A DNA stretch of 64,000 nt from Gammaproteobacteria bacterium (lineage in GTDB: Bacteria; Pseudomonadota; Gammaproteobacteria; JBCCGL01): assembly GCA_965277715.1 (NCBI GenBank), contig OZ255836.1, forward strand, positions 3,488,001 to 3,552,000. Direction: 5' to 3'. Of the stretch, positions 20,729-32,639 are shown in pieces. Both the position numbers and the translations under genes were made by a program. Each line of letters opens with the position of its first letter. The stretch's first letter is position 1. The notes beneath the pieces are model-generated. The model was given only the letters and a program-made list of their open reading frames with translations, was not told the DNA's origin and made no database searches.

Positions 20729-23050
20729 CTAGCCGCCCCCTCGCGCTCGTCGCAAACGCGAGGCATTTAACACAACCACCAAAGAACTTATCGACATACC
20801 GATAGCCGCCATCCACGGCGTGGTGTAACCCAAGGCGGCAAGCGGTAACGCGGTAGCATTATAGGCAATCGCCCAGACAACATTCTGTCGCACAATGGTC
20901 AGCGCCCGCTGCGCAGTGTGCAACCCGATGGCGAAGGCCGGAAGGTGATTGTTGAGCAACACCAGATCGGCGTTGGTCACTGCAATATCAGTACCCTCTG
21001 CCATCGCCACCGACACATCGGCGCGTGCCATCGCCGGGGAGTCGTTGTCGCCGTCTCCGAGCATCGCGACAACCGCGCCCGTGTCTTGCAGGCGGTGGAT
21101 GTGATCGAGCTTGTCGGCTGGGCTAAGCCGGTAGTGAAATGTGCTGATACCCGCCTGGTTGGCTATGCGCGACACGGCCATCTGGCTGTCTCCAGAGAGT
21201 ATCGATACCGCCTTACCGGCACATTTGAGCTCATCGACCAGGCGTGCCGCCTCTGGGCAAAGCTGATCGACAAAGGAAAATGCTGCCACCAGCGTGCCGC
21301 CGCGCATCAGCAGTGATTGGGTGCCGCCAGTGGTTGCATCTTCAGACACCGACCTGAAAACATCGGCAGCCACATCCAGAGCGGTAACTTCGACCAGGTA
21401 GTCGAGTGAACCGAGGTGCCAACGCTGGCCCGCTATCGTCGCGGCCATGCCCACCCCCGGCGTGATGACCACGTCGCTCACGCGCAGAGTTTCATCACCG
21501 CTCGTGTGTGTGTGGAATTGGCACAGCGCCCGCGCCACTGGGTGTTGTGCGTGGTGGCCGATGGCGGCGGCGATACGCAGTGCGGTGTGTTGATCGAGGT
21601 CGGCGAGCACGCGTGTATTGCACAATTGCAACACGCCATCGCTGAGCGTGCCGGTCTTGTCGAATACCACGTGGGTGACACGCGCCAGCGTCTCCAGTGC
21701 GCCAGCGCGGGTGGGTAACAAGCCATTCCCGGCGAGTGCTGCACTGGCGGCGCTTATCGCCGCCGGTGCGGCCAGCGACAAAGCACAGGGACAGGTGATG
21801 ATCAATACGGCGACGGTGGTCGATAGCCAGTCGGCGTCACCGGCAAGCCACCAGTACGCGGCCACCAGGGCGGCGATGGCGATCACAGCGGCGATGAAGT
21901 AACCGGCGATACGGTCGGTAAACTGCAACAGGGGTGGTCTTTCGCTCTGCGCACGCGTCAGCAGGCGCTGCAACTGGCTGGCGAAGCTGTCGTCCAGCGA
22001 TTCGGCCACGCCGATCAGTAGCTCGCCCTCAAGGTTGATCGAGCCGCCGATAACGGTGGCGCCGACGCACCTGGCGACCGGGGCACTCTCGCCAGTCAGC
22101 AGTGACTCATCGACGCAGCCACTGCCCTCCAGTACATGACCGTCGACCGGCACTGCCTGCCCTGGCAACACCCGCACCCGGTCACCGGGGCGTAGTTCAA
22201 GCGCCGCTACCCGCTCGATAGTGCCGCTCACATCGACCCGCGACGCCATTTCCGGCAGCGCCCGCTGCCAGGCGGTAGCCGCACGTGTGGCGCGAATGCG
22301 CACCAGCAGTTCAACGTGCCGCGCAGTGAGCAGTAAAAAGGTGAACATTGCCACCGAGTCGAAATAGATTTCCCCCCGCCCCTGGTAGACGGCCCCTATG
22401 CTGGCGACGAAAGCGAGGGCAATGCCCAAACTGACGGGTGCGTCCATCGTCAGCCGCCCGGTTTTTGCACCGCGCCAGGCGGCGCGGAAAAACGGCCCGG
22501 CGCTATACGCCACCACTGGCAGGCACAGCAGCAGGCTGGCCCAGCGAATCAGCGCCGCGTAACGGGGATCGATGGCACCGTCCGCCAGATACAGGGCGAC
22601 CGCCAGCATCATCACTTGCATACCGAATACGCCCGCGACCGCCAGGCGTTTGAGCGAGTGGCGGTACTCGCTGTCGAGCTGCTCGCGCTGCCGATGCGGC
22701 GCGTAGGGGCTGGCGCTGTAACCCAGGGCATCGATGGCACCGATGATGTCTGCAAGCGCTGCCGAACCCGCCTGCCACACCACACGCGCCTGGCGGGTGG
22801 CGTAGTTTATCGACACTGACTCTACGCCCGCCTGGCGCTGTAAGTGACGCTCGATTGCGCCAATACAGGCGGCGCAGCGAATCCCCGCCACCGCCAGCGT
22901 CACCTCGCACCGCTCCTGCGGCAGGTGCCTGACGAAACGATCGCGCAGTGCCGGGCGGTCATAATCATCGGCCTGGCCCGGTCGGTTACCCGGTCGGCGG
23001 CCTGGCCGGTTAAAAATAGTCGCCGCGCCAACGGTGGTATCGAATGACAC
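20729..23050 (-). CDS. ccoI: Heavy-metal (Cu) P1B-ATPase CcoI
   Basis: CAAC HMA motif, TGES, CPC, DKTGT, GDG.ND and YN motifs; operon context. Confidence 0.93.
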   Translation of the reverse strand: MSFDTTVGAATIFNRPGRRPGNRPGQADDYDRPALRDRFVRHLPQERCEVTLAVAGIRCAACIGAIERHLQRQAGVESVSINYATRQARVVWQAGSAALADIIGAIDALGYSASPYAPHRQREQLDSEYRHSLKRLAVAGVFGMQVMMLAVALYLADGAIDPRYAALIRWASLLLCLPVVAYSAGPFFRAAWRGAKTGRLTMDAPVSLGIALAFVASIGAVYQGRGEIYFDSVAMFTFLLLTARHVELLVRIRATRAATAWQRALPEMASRVDVSGTIERVAALELRPGDRVRVLPGQAVPVDGHVLEGSGCVDESLLTGESAPVARCVGATVIGGSINLEGELLIGVAESLDDSFASQLQRLLTRAQSERPPLLQFTDRIAGYFIAAVIAIAALVAAYWWLAGDADWLSTTVAVLIITCPCALSLAAPAAISAASAALAGNGLLPTRAGALETLARVTHVVFDKTGTLSDGVLQLCNTRVLADLDQHTALRIAAAIGHHAQHPVARALCQFHTHTSGDETLRVSDVVITPGVGMAATIAGQRWHLGSLDYLVEVTALDVAADVFRSVSEDATTGGTQSLLMRGGTLVAAFSFVDQLCPEAARLVDELKCAGKAVSILSGDSQMAVSRIANQAGISTFHYRLSPADKLDHIHRLQDTGAVVAMLGDGDNDSPAMARADVSVAMAEGTDIAVTNADLVLLNNHLPAFAIGLHTAQRALTIVRQNVVWAIAYNATALPLAALGYTTPWMAAIGMSISSLVVVLNASRLRRARGGG

Positions 23051-23052
23051 GG

Positions 23053-23235
23053 CTATTCCCCTGTGTAGTAGCGGGATACCGGTTCGCTATCGGTGACCAG
23101 GCCGTCGTCACTGACAATAGCGATCACGATGGTCACTGCGCAGGCGACCACGGTGGCGGCTGGAATGGCAATCAGTGCCCAGGGCCAGAATTGCCTATAC
23201 CAGGGTATAGGGTCGCTTTTAGCGTGTGTGTACAT
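23053..23235 (-). CDS. ccoH: Short FixH/CcoH-like protein
   Basis: PWYRQFWPW.LI..P...V......IA....DGLV N-terminus, but only 60 aa. Confidence 0.7.
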   Translation of the reverse strand: MYTHAKSDPIPWYRQFWPWALIAIPAATVVACAVTIVIAIVSDDGLVTDSEPVSRYYTGE

Positions 23236-23261
23236 GGCTATTCTCCTGTGTGAGGATACGC

Positions 23262-24659
23262 TTATAAATCTGGCGCCGGGCCTAGAAACCGGGCGGGTTC
23301 CCGCCGCTGCAATACCGGCTCACCGTGCGTACTGATGGAAAAGAAAATCTCGCTGCTGCGTGCCTTTAGCACGCGGGGGTCGGCGCGCAGGCTGATAACG
23401 CTGGAAAGCACCTCACCCGCCGGGGCGCTGAATGTATCTGCGCCGACCAGTTGCAAACCGGGTATTCCATCGACGCCAAGCGAGTAGTCGTGCGTGCGGG
23501 TATCCATATTGATAATGCGCAGGGTATAGGTATTTTCCACCCACCCCTCAGGGGTTTCGCGGTACAGGGTATTGCGGTCACGGATAATATCCAGCTCCAG
23601 CGGCACACGCGCATGTAACCCAAGCCCCAGCACAGCGATCAACAGCACTAACAACACAGCGTAGATCAGTGTACGTGGCCGCACGATGCGGCTGAGCCCG
23701 CCCTGCAGTGCGTTTTGGGTGGTGTAGCGAATCAACCCCTGGGGGCGCCGTACTTTGCCCATCACCGTATCGCAGACATCGATACACGCCGCGCAGCCGA
23801 TGCACTGGTACTGTAGGCCGTCGCGGATATCGATGCCGGTAGGGCAAACCTGTACGCACAGGGTGCAATCGACGCAGTCGCCAGTTGCGCCACGCGGCTC
23901 ACCGCGTGTTGGGTCGTAGGCGATAATCAGTGTGTCGCGATCAAACATGGCGCTTTGAAAGCGTGCATAGGGGCACATATAGAGGCACACCTGCTCGCGC
24001 ATCCAGCCAGCGTTACCGTAAGTGGCAAACCCGTAAAACAACAACCAGAAGAGTTCCCAGGGCCCCAGGCTGGCGTCGAGTATTTCCGCCATCAGCGTGT
24101 ATGAAGGCGTGAAGTAGGCGACAAATGTAAACCCTGTGAATAACGATAACAGCAACCAGATCGCATGCTTTAACGACTTTCTGGCGAATGTCTCGGTATT
24201 CATGGGCGCCCGGTCACGCTTGATCTGCTGGTTGCGGCTGCCCTCGACCCTGGCTTCGATCCACAGAAACAACTCGGTCCAGACGGTCTGCGGGCAGGCG
24301 TAGCCACACCATAGGCGCCCGGCCAGCGCCGTGAAAAAAAACAGCGACAGCGCGCACAGGATCAAAAAACCGGCGAGCAATAGAAAATCCTGCGGCCAGA
24401 AGACCGTGCCAAACAAATAGAATTTGCGCGCTGGCAGATCGAACAATACTGCCTGGTGAACCGCCTGATAAGCGGCCTGATGAGCTACCTGTTCGGCACC
24501 CGTCACCAGCAGAGGCCACTGCAACCAGGGCAGCGTGTAAAACAGGCCCAGCAACACCAGCACACCGGTAACCCGCAGGCGCGCATAGATACCGCTAACC
24601 GCACGCGGATAGATCTTCTCACGCTTTTGATACAGGGTGACGGGGGCGCTATCAGCCAC
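23262..24659 (-). CDS. ccoG: cbb3 accessory protein CcoG
   Basis: GRLWCGYACPQTVW, CLYMCPYARFQ, CVDCTLCVQVCPTGIDIR and CIGCAACIDVC. Confidence 0.96.
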   Translation of the reverse strand: MADSAPVTLYQKREKIYPRAVSGIYARLRVTGVLVLLGLFYTLPWLQWPLLVTGAEQVAHQAAYQAVHQAVLFDLPARKFYLFGTVFWPQDFLLLAGFLILCALSLFFFTALAGRLWCGYACPQTVWTELFLWIEARVEGSRNQQIKRDRAPMNTETFARKSLKHAIWLLLSLFTGFTFVAYFTPSYTLMAEILDASLGPWELFWLLFYGFATYGNAGWMREQVCLYMCPYARFQSAMFDRDTLIIAYDPTRGEPRGATGDCVDCTLCVQVCPTGIDIRDGLQYQCIGCAACIDVCDTVMGKVRRPQGLIRYTTQNALQGGLSRIVRPRTLIYAVLLVLLIAVLGLGLHARVPLELDIIRDRNTLYRETPEGWVENTYTLRIINMDTRTHDYSLGVDGIPGLQLVGADTFSAPAGEVLSSVISLRADPRVLKARSSEIFFSISTHGEPVLQRREPARFLGPAPDL

Positions 24660-24668
24660 GGAAAAGCG

Positions 24669-24956
24669 TCACGGCGGGGTGAATCGACTGGGGGGAAGCC
24701 CCCGCTCAGTGGGCGCGATAAATACCAGGCAGAATACGCTGGCCAAAACCGCCTGCGCCCACAGGAAGAAAAAGCTCAGCGAGTAGATGGCAATATTCGA
24801 AACGCCCAACAGCCCCGCCGCTGCGGCGATGCGCGAGGGTTCGACAATAGCGTACAGCAGCACCAGTGCCACGCCAGCGCTGACGAATGATGGCCACAAT
24901 ACCGCGATCAGCACCTGCCGCAGCACCAGTGTTTTTAGATAGTCGTAGCGGAGCAT
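24669..24956 (-). CDS. Small membrane protein between ccoP and ccoG
   Basis: VLWPSF..AG and IYSLSFFFLW; two TM segments. Confidence 0.65.
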   Translation of the reverse strand: MLRYDYLKTLVLRQVLIAVLWPSFVSAGVALVLLYAIVEPSRIAAAAGLLGVSNIAIYSLSFFFLWAQAVLASVFCLVFIAPTERGLPPSRFTPP

Positions 24957-24980
24957 ACCAACAGCCGATAGCGCGCCGCG

Positions 24981-25886
24981 CTATTGCGACACGGCGGGGC
25001 GCACGTTGCTCAGGCTATACACATAGCCCGCCAGCAGGTGCACCTTATCGTCACCCAGTAATTCACCGTGCGCTGGCATCACCCCATGACGGCCATCGCG
25101 GATGGAGGTCTGCACGGTGGTGGGGAAACCGCTGTACAACCACTCGTTATCGGCTAGATTGGGCGCGCCCAAGGCCTGGTTGCCGCGCCCATCGGCCCCA
25201 TGACAACTCACGCAAAGCGCGAAATGCCTGGCGCCCTCGCGGCGCAGGATTTCACTGACTGGCCTGCCCGACAGGCTGAGCACATAGGCGGTGACTTCTT
25301 TTACGCCGCTTTCACCCAGCACCGCACCAAACGCGGGCATCACACCGCTACGCCCCTGCGCGATGCTCGTAGTGATCGCTTCCGGCGCGCCGCCGTACAG
25401 CCAGACATTATCGGCCAGATTCGGAAAGCCACGCGCACCCTTGGCGTCCGAGCCGTGACAGGTGGCGCAGTAGTTGAGAAATAGGCGTCGACCAATATCG
25501 ACTGCCGATGGGTCCTCTGCAAGCCCGGCTACCGGCGTGCCCGCATACTTGGCAAACAGTGGCCCATAACGCACGTCTGCCTCTGCCAGTTCGGCTTGAT
25601 AGGCGCCGTGCTGCGACCAGCCCAAGATGCCCGCAAACCGCCCCATACCGGGGTATAACAACAGGTAGCCAATGCTGAAAAATAAGGTGATGTAGAACAG
25701 CCACAGCCACCAGCGCGGCAGGGGGTTATTGTACTCACACAGATCGCCATCCCAGTAATGCCCCGTGTGATCACCTTGCGCCGCTTCGCCCTTGCGCGGT
25801 TTTTGCGTCCACCAGATCAACCAGAAGCAGGCGGCGATATTGATCGTCGTCAGTACTACAACCCAGCCATTCCAAAAACCACTCAT
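24981..25886 (-). CDS. ccoP: cbb3 cytochrome c oxidase subunit III
   Basis: EYNNPLPRWW and two heme motifs (CATCH, CVSCH). Confidence 0.97.
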   Translation of the reverse strand: MSGFWNGWVVVLTTINIAACFWLIWWTQKPRKGEAAQGDHTGHYWDGDLCEYNNPLPRWWLWLFYITLFFSIGYLLLYPGMGRFAGILGWSQHGAYQAELAEADVRYGPLFAKYAGTPVAGLAEDPSAVDIGRRLFLNYCATCHGSDAKGARGFPNLADNVWLYGGAPEAITTSIAQGRSGVMPAFGAVLGESGVKEVTAYVLSLSGRPVSEILRREGARHFALCVSCHGADGRGNQALGAPNLADNEWLYSGFPTTVQTSIRDGRHGVMPAHGELLGDDKVHLLAGYVYSLSNVRPAVSQ

Positions 25887-26158
25887 TGCCTGTCCTCTGT
25901 CGGTAGCTTTGTCGGTGCTGTCGATTGCTTACCCGGCGGGGGCGTATCACTCAGCGTATCCTCAAACGTATTGCCAGGGTGATTACCGAGCGCTGAAGCC
26001 TGGTGTAGGCGCGTATCCTTGTCACTGAATATCTGCCGGGCGCTGTCATCGAAACGCTGGTGTTGACGGGCTGACCAGGCCCATACCCAGACGCCGATAA
26101 AGGCGCTAAAGGTGAGCAGTGTCAGAATGGCGCGAAGGGTGTTGATATCCACGATCAC
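25883..26158 (-). CDS. ccoQ: cbb3 oxidase subunit CcoQ
   Basis: [23 protein letters not shown]; low-complexity C-terminal tail. Confidence 0.85.
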   Translation of the reverse strand: MIVDINTLRAILTLLTFSAFIGVWVWAWSARQHQRFDDSARQIFSDKDTRLHQASALGNHPGNTFEDTLSDTPPPGKQSTAPTKLPTEDRQ

Positions 26159-26769
26159 CTCCTGGTTTTGACGAAAATGCCGAGGTGTTGAAGGTACTCG
26201 ACCAGTGCATCGAGCTCGCTCTTGCCCATCACCGCCCCGGCAGCGGCGTCGATCTCACTGTCGCTATAGGGCTGGCCGAGGCGCTGTAGCGTGCGCATAT
26301 GCCGCTGTATTGCCTCGCCGTCGACATCGTTATCGCGCAGCCATGGGTAGGAAGGCATATTCGACTCCGGCACCACGCTGCGTGGGTCTATCAGGTGTTG
26401 GCGCTGCCAGTCATCGCTGTAGCGGCCACCGACCCGCGCCAGATCCGGCCCGGTGCGTTTGGAGCCCCATTGAAACGGGCGGTCATAGACAAACTCGCCC
26501 GCCAGCGAGTAGTGGCCGTAGCGCTCGGTCTCGGCGCGAAACGGGCGAATCATCTGTGAGTGGCAGTTGTAGCAGCCTTCGCGTATGTAGATATCCCGGC
26601 CGGCGAGCTGTAGCGCGGGGTAGGGTTTGAGACCACTGACCGGCTGGGTGGTGTCTTTTAGAAACATCAGCGGAACAATTTCTACCAGGCCCCCAAAGCT
26701 GATAACAATGACAATAAAAATAATCATCAGGCCAATGTTTTTCTCAACGAGGGCATGACTTTGACTCAT
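26155..26769 (-). CDS. ccoO: cbb3 cytochrome c oxidase subunit II
   Basis: [20 protein letters not shown] and [10 protein letters not shown]; ATG 26769 with GGAG RBS. Confidence 0.97.
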   Translation of the reverse strand: MSQSHALVEKNIGLMIIFIVIVISFGGLVEIVPLMFLKDTTQPVSGLKPYPALQLAGRDIYIREGCYNCHSQMIRPFRAETERYGHYSLAGEFVYDRPFQWGSKRTGPDLARVGGRYSDDWQRQHLIDPRSVVPESNMPSYPWLRDNDVDGEAIQRHMRTLQRLGQPYSDSEIDAAAGAVMGKSELDALVEYLQHLGIFVKTRR

Positions 26770-26794
26770 CTCGGTCTCCTGGTGGTACGGCCCG

Positions 26795-28276
<1,482 letters not shown>

Positions 28277-28337
28277 CCGTATTGGCTCTGGGTAACTGGC
28301 ATAAACGATACCCTGCCGCAAAAAAACCTAACGGTTA

Positions 28338-28351
28338 TTGATCTAGGTCAA
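28338..28351. promoter_or_regulatory. FNR/ANR box
   Basis: TTGAT-CTAG-GTCAA, one mismatch to TTGAT-N4-ATCAA, between ccoN and fnr. Confidence 0.8.
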
Positions 28352-28414
28352 CTACAGTGCTGATATAGTACGTTTTAAGCGCACGCCCCCGCCGCAACCC
28401 ATTCGAGGCATAAT

Positions 28415-29140
28415 GTGAAACTCACCGACATCAACGTTTCCTGTCAGTCCTGTAGTCTGTCTGAATTATGCCTGCCGCGTGGCTTAAACAGCCGGGAAAT
28501 GGAGGAGCTGGATAGTGTGATCGATCACAAGCACAGCTGTGAGCAGCACGCCTACCTATACAGTAACGGGGAGCCGCTACGCGCCATCTATGCAGTGCAC
28601 TCGGGTTCCTTTAAAGCCACAGTGACCACGCCCGAAGGTGCCGAACAAATACTGGGGTTTTATCTTCCCGGTGAGTTGCTCGGCCTGGATGCCTTTGCCG
28701 GGCAACAACATAGCTGTAACGCCATCGCACTGGAGCAATCCACCGTGTGCGAGCTGCCATTTCCCGACTTCGATACCCTGTGTGGAGAACTGCAGGGCCT
28801 TCGCCGTCAACTAATGTGCCTTGTCGGGCGGGAGATAACCAACAGTAACCACATGTTGCTGGCGCTGGGGCAGATGACAGCCGAGGAACGCCTGGCGACA
28901 TTTTTACTCAGCCTGTCGCGCCGCTTTGCTGTGCGCGGTTTTTCCGCCACCTCCTTTAACCTGACAATGTCCAGGCAAGACCTCGCCAACTACCTGGGCA
29001 TAGCGATAGAAACAGTGAGCCGGTTATTCACCCGCATGCAGGAAAAGCATTTACTGGTGGTGGACCGGCGCAGCATCCACCTAAAAAACCTGCCGCGCCT
29101 ACAGGCGCTCGCTCACGATCACTGCACCACCGCCAACTGA
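28415..29140 (+). CDS. fnr: FNR/ANR oxygen-sensing regulator
   Basis: N-terminal CQSCSLSELC cluster and ETVSR HTH. Confidence 0.95.
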   Translation: MKLTDINVSCQSCSLSELCLPRGLNSREMEELDSVIDHKHSCEQHAYLYSNGEPLRAIYAVHSGSFKATVTTPEGAEQILGFYLPGELLGLDAFAGQQHSCNAIALEQSTVCELPFPDFDTLCGELQGLRRQLMCLVGREITNSNHMLLALGQMTAEERLATFLLSLSRRFAVRGFSATSFNLTMSRQDLANYLGIAIETVSRLFTRMQEKHLLVVDRRSIHLKNLPRLQALAHDHCTTAN

Positions 29141-29215
29141 AAACGCCAAAGCCGTAATAGTCAGTGCACGTGCAAGCCTAAACCTATCTGGCAACACACT
29201 TAGACCGGTGCCTTA

Positions 29216-30109
29216 ATGCAACACACGACACTACTCGCCCCGCAGACCAACTTTCGTGGTATTGCCTCAATGTTGCTCGCTGGGTTTTTCCTGAGCAGTA
29301 ACGATGCCATAACAAAATGGCTGGTGCCGCACTACCCGGTCGGGGAGATTCTGTTTATTCAGGCCGTATTAATCGCACTGCTGGTGTACATTGGGATGCG
29401 TATACGCGGTGAGAACCTGCTGCCCATTGTTAAATGGAAGGCACATTGCCTGCGCGGCCTGTTGTACGCGACGGGGTCGTTCGCCTTTGTCCACGCGCTG
29501 CGTTTTATGCCACTGGCAGAAGTGGTGGCAATTGCCTTTGCCGGGCCACTTTTTATGACGCTGTTTGGCCGGGTATTTCTGCAGGAGCACGTCGGCCTGC
29601 ACCGTTTATTCGCCGTCATTGTGGGATTTATCGGGGTCATTATCGTGATTCGCCCCGGCGCTGCGGTAATCCACTGGGCGGTATTCCTACCGCTGATTGT
29701 GGCAGTGGCCGATGCGTTTCGAGACATCATCACGCGCACCATGACCACCGGGGAATCATCGCAGCGAATCGTATTGACCACAGCGATTATTCTGGCGCTG
29801 ACGAGTGCCACTACCAGCGTCAGCGGGTGGCACAGCATCGAACAATCGCATTGGTTGTGGTTTGCACTCGGCGCGATATGTTTTGTGGTGGCGCATTTTT
29901 TCCTGATCGAAGCGTTTCGCCATGCACAGATAGTGGTGGTCGCGCCGTTTAAATATATCCAGCTTATCTGGAGTATCCTGGCAGGTTTATTGTTCTGGGG
30001 TGAAGTGCCAGAGCCTGTCGTGTTTCTCGGCATTGGCGTGATTACCAGCTCAGGGCTTTACATCGCCTGGCGGGAGGCATTGCAGCATCGGCGCCTTCGC
30101 AATAAATGA
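29216..30109 (+). CDS. DMT/EamA-family transporter
   Basis: Multi-TM; PLAEVVAIAF, GFIGV...RPG and VAPFKY motifs. Confidence 0.88.
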   Translation: MQHTTLLAPQTNFRGIASMLLAGFFLSSNDAITKWLVPHYPVGEILFIQAVLIALLVYIGMRIRGENLLPIVKWKAHCLRGLLYATGSFAFVHALRFMPLAEVVAIAFAGPLFMTLFGRVFLQEHVGLHRLFAVIVGFIGVIIVIRPGAAVIHWAVFLPLIVAVADAFRDIITRTMTTGESSQRIVLTTAIILALTSATTSVSGWHSIEQSHWLWFALGAICFVVAHFFLIEAFRHAQIVVVAPFKYIQLIWSILAGLLFWGEVPEPVVFLGIGVITSSGLYIAWREALQHRRLRNK

Positions 30110-30164
30110 TATGCTCTGTGTTAAAGCCTAGCCTGCTGCCCGCTTCAGAAAACGAGGTATTTCA

Positions 30165-30761
30165 ATGGAAGTTAAATTAAGCAAGCAACAAAAAGTCGCT
30201 ATTTATGGATCAAACGATGTTTATTTAATAATGCGCCAGATTTTGCGCAGAGAGAATAAAATCGGCCAGGGCCAGGAACACTTCTGGATGGTTGGCCTTA
30301 ATCCGATGCACAAAATTCTCTATATTGAACTGGCTGCTTTAGGCTCATCCAATATGGCGAATATCAAAGCCAGAGAAGCGTTTCGACTGGCGATTCACAA
30401 GTTGGCGTTTGAGGTAGTTTTGGTACATAACCACCCAAGTGGTCTGGCTGAACCTTCAGTGGCCGATAAAGATTTCACTGATTACTATATTCAGGCGGGT
30501 AGGTTTCTTAAAGTCGAGGTAGCTGACCATTTAATTCTTGGCGAAGACGATTATTTCAGCTTCGCAGATTCAGGGCTTCTTGATGAACTCAAACAAAGTA
30601 GAAAATATGAATTACCCGATATGATCGAGGCGAGAGCTGCGGCAAAAGCCAAGCAGGAGAAAACCGCTGAAATAGCAAAAGCATTAAAAGATAAGGAGAT
30701 GAGTGTGGATATCATTGCCGACGTTTTAGGGCTTTCAACTCAGGAAATTGAACAACTCTAA
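30165..30761 (+). CDS. RadC-like JAB domain protein with Rpn-type C-terminal tail
   Basis: QEHFW, HNHPSG..PS.AD and DH motifs; tail EIAKALKDKEMSVDIIADVLGLSTQEIEQL. Confidence 0.85.
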   Translation: MEVKLSKQQKVAIYGSNDVYLIMRQILRRENKIGQGQEHFWMVGLNPMHKILYIELAALGSSNMANIKAREAFRLAIHKLAFEVVLVHNHPSGLAEPSVADKDFTDYYIQAGRFLKVEVADHLILGEDDYFSFADSGLLDELKQSRKYELPDMIEARAAAKAKQEKTAEIAKALKDKEMSVDIIADVLGLSTQEIEQL

Positions 30762-30900
30762 GGAACATGCATGAAACAACTTCCGTTTTTATTATATTAT
30801 TTCAATAATGTGTCATTTTTTAATAGCACACTCACGTCGACTCAGCTATAAGGCAAATTAACACATTTATGAACCCCGGCGTTTATTTCATGCATATTCT
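30762..30900 (-). mobile_element. Diverged MITE family A copy
   Basis: GGAACATGCATGAAAC...TTTCATGCATATTCT ends, internal CTCAGCTATAAGG; preceded by CTAA. Confidence 0.7.
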
Positions 30901-30933
30901 TAACGTTTACTTTATTTCTATGCAGGTAGCGTA

Positions 30934-30976
30934 GGGTGTTATAGGGTTTCTCTCGCGATGTTTTGGTGTTTTCTTT
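30934..30976. repeat. Dispersed element, family C
   Basis: GGGTGTTATAGGGTTTCTCTCGCGATGTTTTGGTGTTTTCTTT, an inverted copy of 8193-8236. Confidence 0.8.
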
Positions 30977-31145
30977 GTAACTACTCAGAATGGCTCCTCA
31001 CTATTTTGTATAGATGCCATTTTTCCTCGAAAACGGCAGGGTGAACGTAGTACTAAGCAGTTACCCCAACAGGAAAATATAATTGACATATAATATTCGC
31101 CATATATGATATGTAGCGTGTAAATACGGTACGTTCATATTTGTC

Positions 31146-31406
31146 ATGCAAAAAGCACAGGTTTTTCTACGTGAAGATCAAAAAGTTCAATTGCGGTCAA
31201 TCGCCCGGTTTACTGGCAGAAAGCAAAGCGAGTTGATACGCCGTGGTGTTGATCTTGCTATTGAAGAAGCGCAAAAGGGGGAGGGTAGCTGGCAAAAAGG
31301 CTGGTCCCAGGCCTGCGGCATTTGGCGTGATCGGGATGACATTGACGTAATAATAAAAGAATATCGCGCTGATATGGATACCAGAATAGATCAACTGCAG
31401 AAATGA
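31146..31406 (+). CDS. CopG/RHH antitoxin
   Basis: MQKAQVFL..SELIRRGVD..CGIWRDRDD; overlaps the PIN toxin by ATGA. Confidence 0.8.
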   Translation: MQKAQVFLREDQKVQLRSIARFTGRKQSELIRRGVDLAIEEAQKGEGSWQKGWSQACGIWRDRDDIDVIIKEYRADMDTRIDQLQK

Positions 31407-31777
31407 CCCCTGTTCTGCTGGACACTTGTATCGTCATTGATTACCTGCGGCAAAAGGATGGCGCTATAGTGTATGTCCATAGTCTTAAATCTACTCCACG
31501 CCTTTCCAGCATGACAATAATGGAGCTCTATGCAGGCATTAAAGGAAACAAAGAAAAACGCATGATAGAATCAATTGCTGCGCACTCTATTGTGCTTGAT
31601 GTTACCCACCCTATTGCAGTTCAATCCGGTGAATACTTAAAACAATATCGCCCCAGCCACGGCATCGGCGCTGTTGATTCCGTTATCGCGGCAACGGCTC
31701 AATTTCACGAGATTGCCCTGGCTACACTTAACGTGAAACACTTTCCCATGTTCAAAAACCTGCAAAAACCGTATTGA
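31403..31777 (+). CDS. vapC: VapC PIN-domain toxin
   Basis: LLDTCIVIDYLR, ELYAG, D.VIAATA and TLNVKHFP. Confidence 0.9.
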   Translation: MTPVLLDTCIVIDYLRQKDGAIVYVHSLKSTPRLSSMTIMELYAGIKGNKEKRMIESIAAHSIVLDVTHPIAVQSGEYLKQYRPSHGIGAVDSVIAATAQFHEIALATLNVKHFPMFKNLQKPY

Positions 31778-31928
31778 GTTTTGATTTTCAGGTTGCCGCA
31801 GTGACTTGCATAAAGGCAGGCGCTAATACGACGCGGGAGCGTGAGCTGTTTGAGCTTAACTGATAATAATATTGCGAATGTCCAGGGACAGGCACTTAAA
31901 AATTCCTACAAAATAGAGGGTATCTTGC

Positions 31929-31959
31929 AAGCCCTTTGCCTTCAGGGAGAGGGGCTTTT
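31929..31959. terminator. Hairpin between convergent genes, possible terminator
   Basis: AAGCCCTTTgCCT..AGGgAGAGGGGCTTTT imperfect stem. Confidence 0.4.
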
Positions 31960-31969
31960 AAGGCACTCG

Positions 31970-32203
31970 CTATAGTGTGTTGTAAGGGTTGACCAACTCT
32001 TTCACCAGCCCATCGAGAATCTGCCGAAACTGCTGCTCATCACACCCCATCAACAGCGCATCCTCAAAGCAATCCTGTAATTGTTGGCGCAACTCCTCGT
32101 GGTTTTCACGCAGCACTTTTATTTTCTCGACACACGAAATAGGCTGACCTGCCGGGTCACGCCACACGGTGGGTGTTATCGGTGTTTTTTCAGTGGTAGG
32201 CAT
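31970..32203 (-). CDS. Hypothetical protein
   Basis: Protein-like 77-aa ORF (WRDPAGQPISCVEKIKVL..QDCFEDALLMGC..LVNPY). Confidence 0.75.
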   Translation of the reverse strand: MPTTEKTPITPTVWRDPAGQPISCVEKIKVLRENHEELRQQLQDCFEDALLMGCDEQQFRQILDGLVKELVNPYNTL

Positions 32204-32285
32204 TTAGCAGGTATATTAGTGCAAAAGGGGTATTATCCTCAAAAATGCAGCGGGAACAAATACGCGTGATTAATTCAGGTTTAGG

Positions 32286-32639
32286 GTGATGCTACTAAGA
32301 ATAACCCACAAGCGCACAATAGCCACTGTGTTACTGCTGTTTTTTACCACAACAATACAAGCCTACCCACCCCCAACAGACCCACTGGTAAGGATTCACT
32401 ACGATTTCGAGGTTGCCGGGTATTGCGGCCTGATTAGTCAAACAGTCGGTGCTGGCTTCCAGCGGCAACTGTCCGCCCTGCTGAACCAAATCAGGCCCAG
32501 CCAAAAAATACACGAAAAAGCCCGTTCAGATGCCTGGCAGGCCGCTTACGAAGAATGGCAAAACCGTGGCCTGGGCGGGTTTCGCGCCTGGTGTAAAAAT
32601 GAAGGGCAAGCGGTAGTGGCCCGCTTTACGCTGGAATAA
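32286..32639 (+). CDS. Hypothetical exported protein
   Basis: Signal-peptide-like N-terminus; EWQNRGLGGFRAWC. Confidence 0.65.
   Translation: MMLLRITHKRTIATVLLLFFTTTIQAYPPPTDPLVRIHYDFEVAGYCGLISQTVGAGFQRQLSALLNQIRPSQKIHEKARSDAWQAAYEEWQNRGLGGFRAWCKNEGQAVVARFTLE

Noticed and set aside
31929-31959. Hairpin resembling an IS200/IS605 end
   Set aside because: Degenerate single copy with no tnpA or tnpB; a terminator is the simpler explanation
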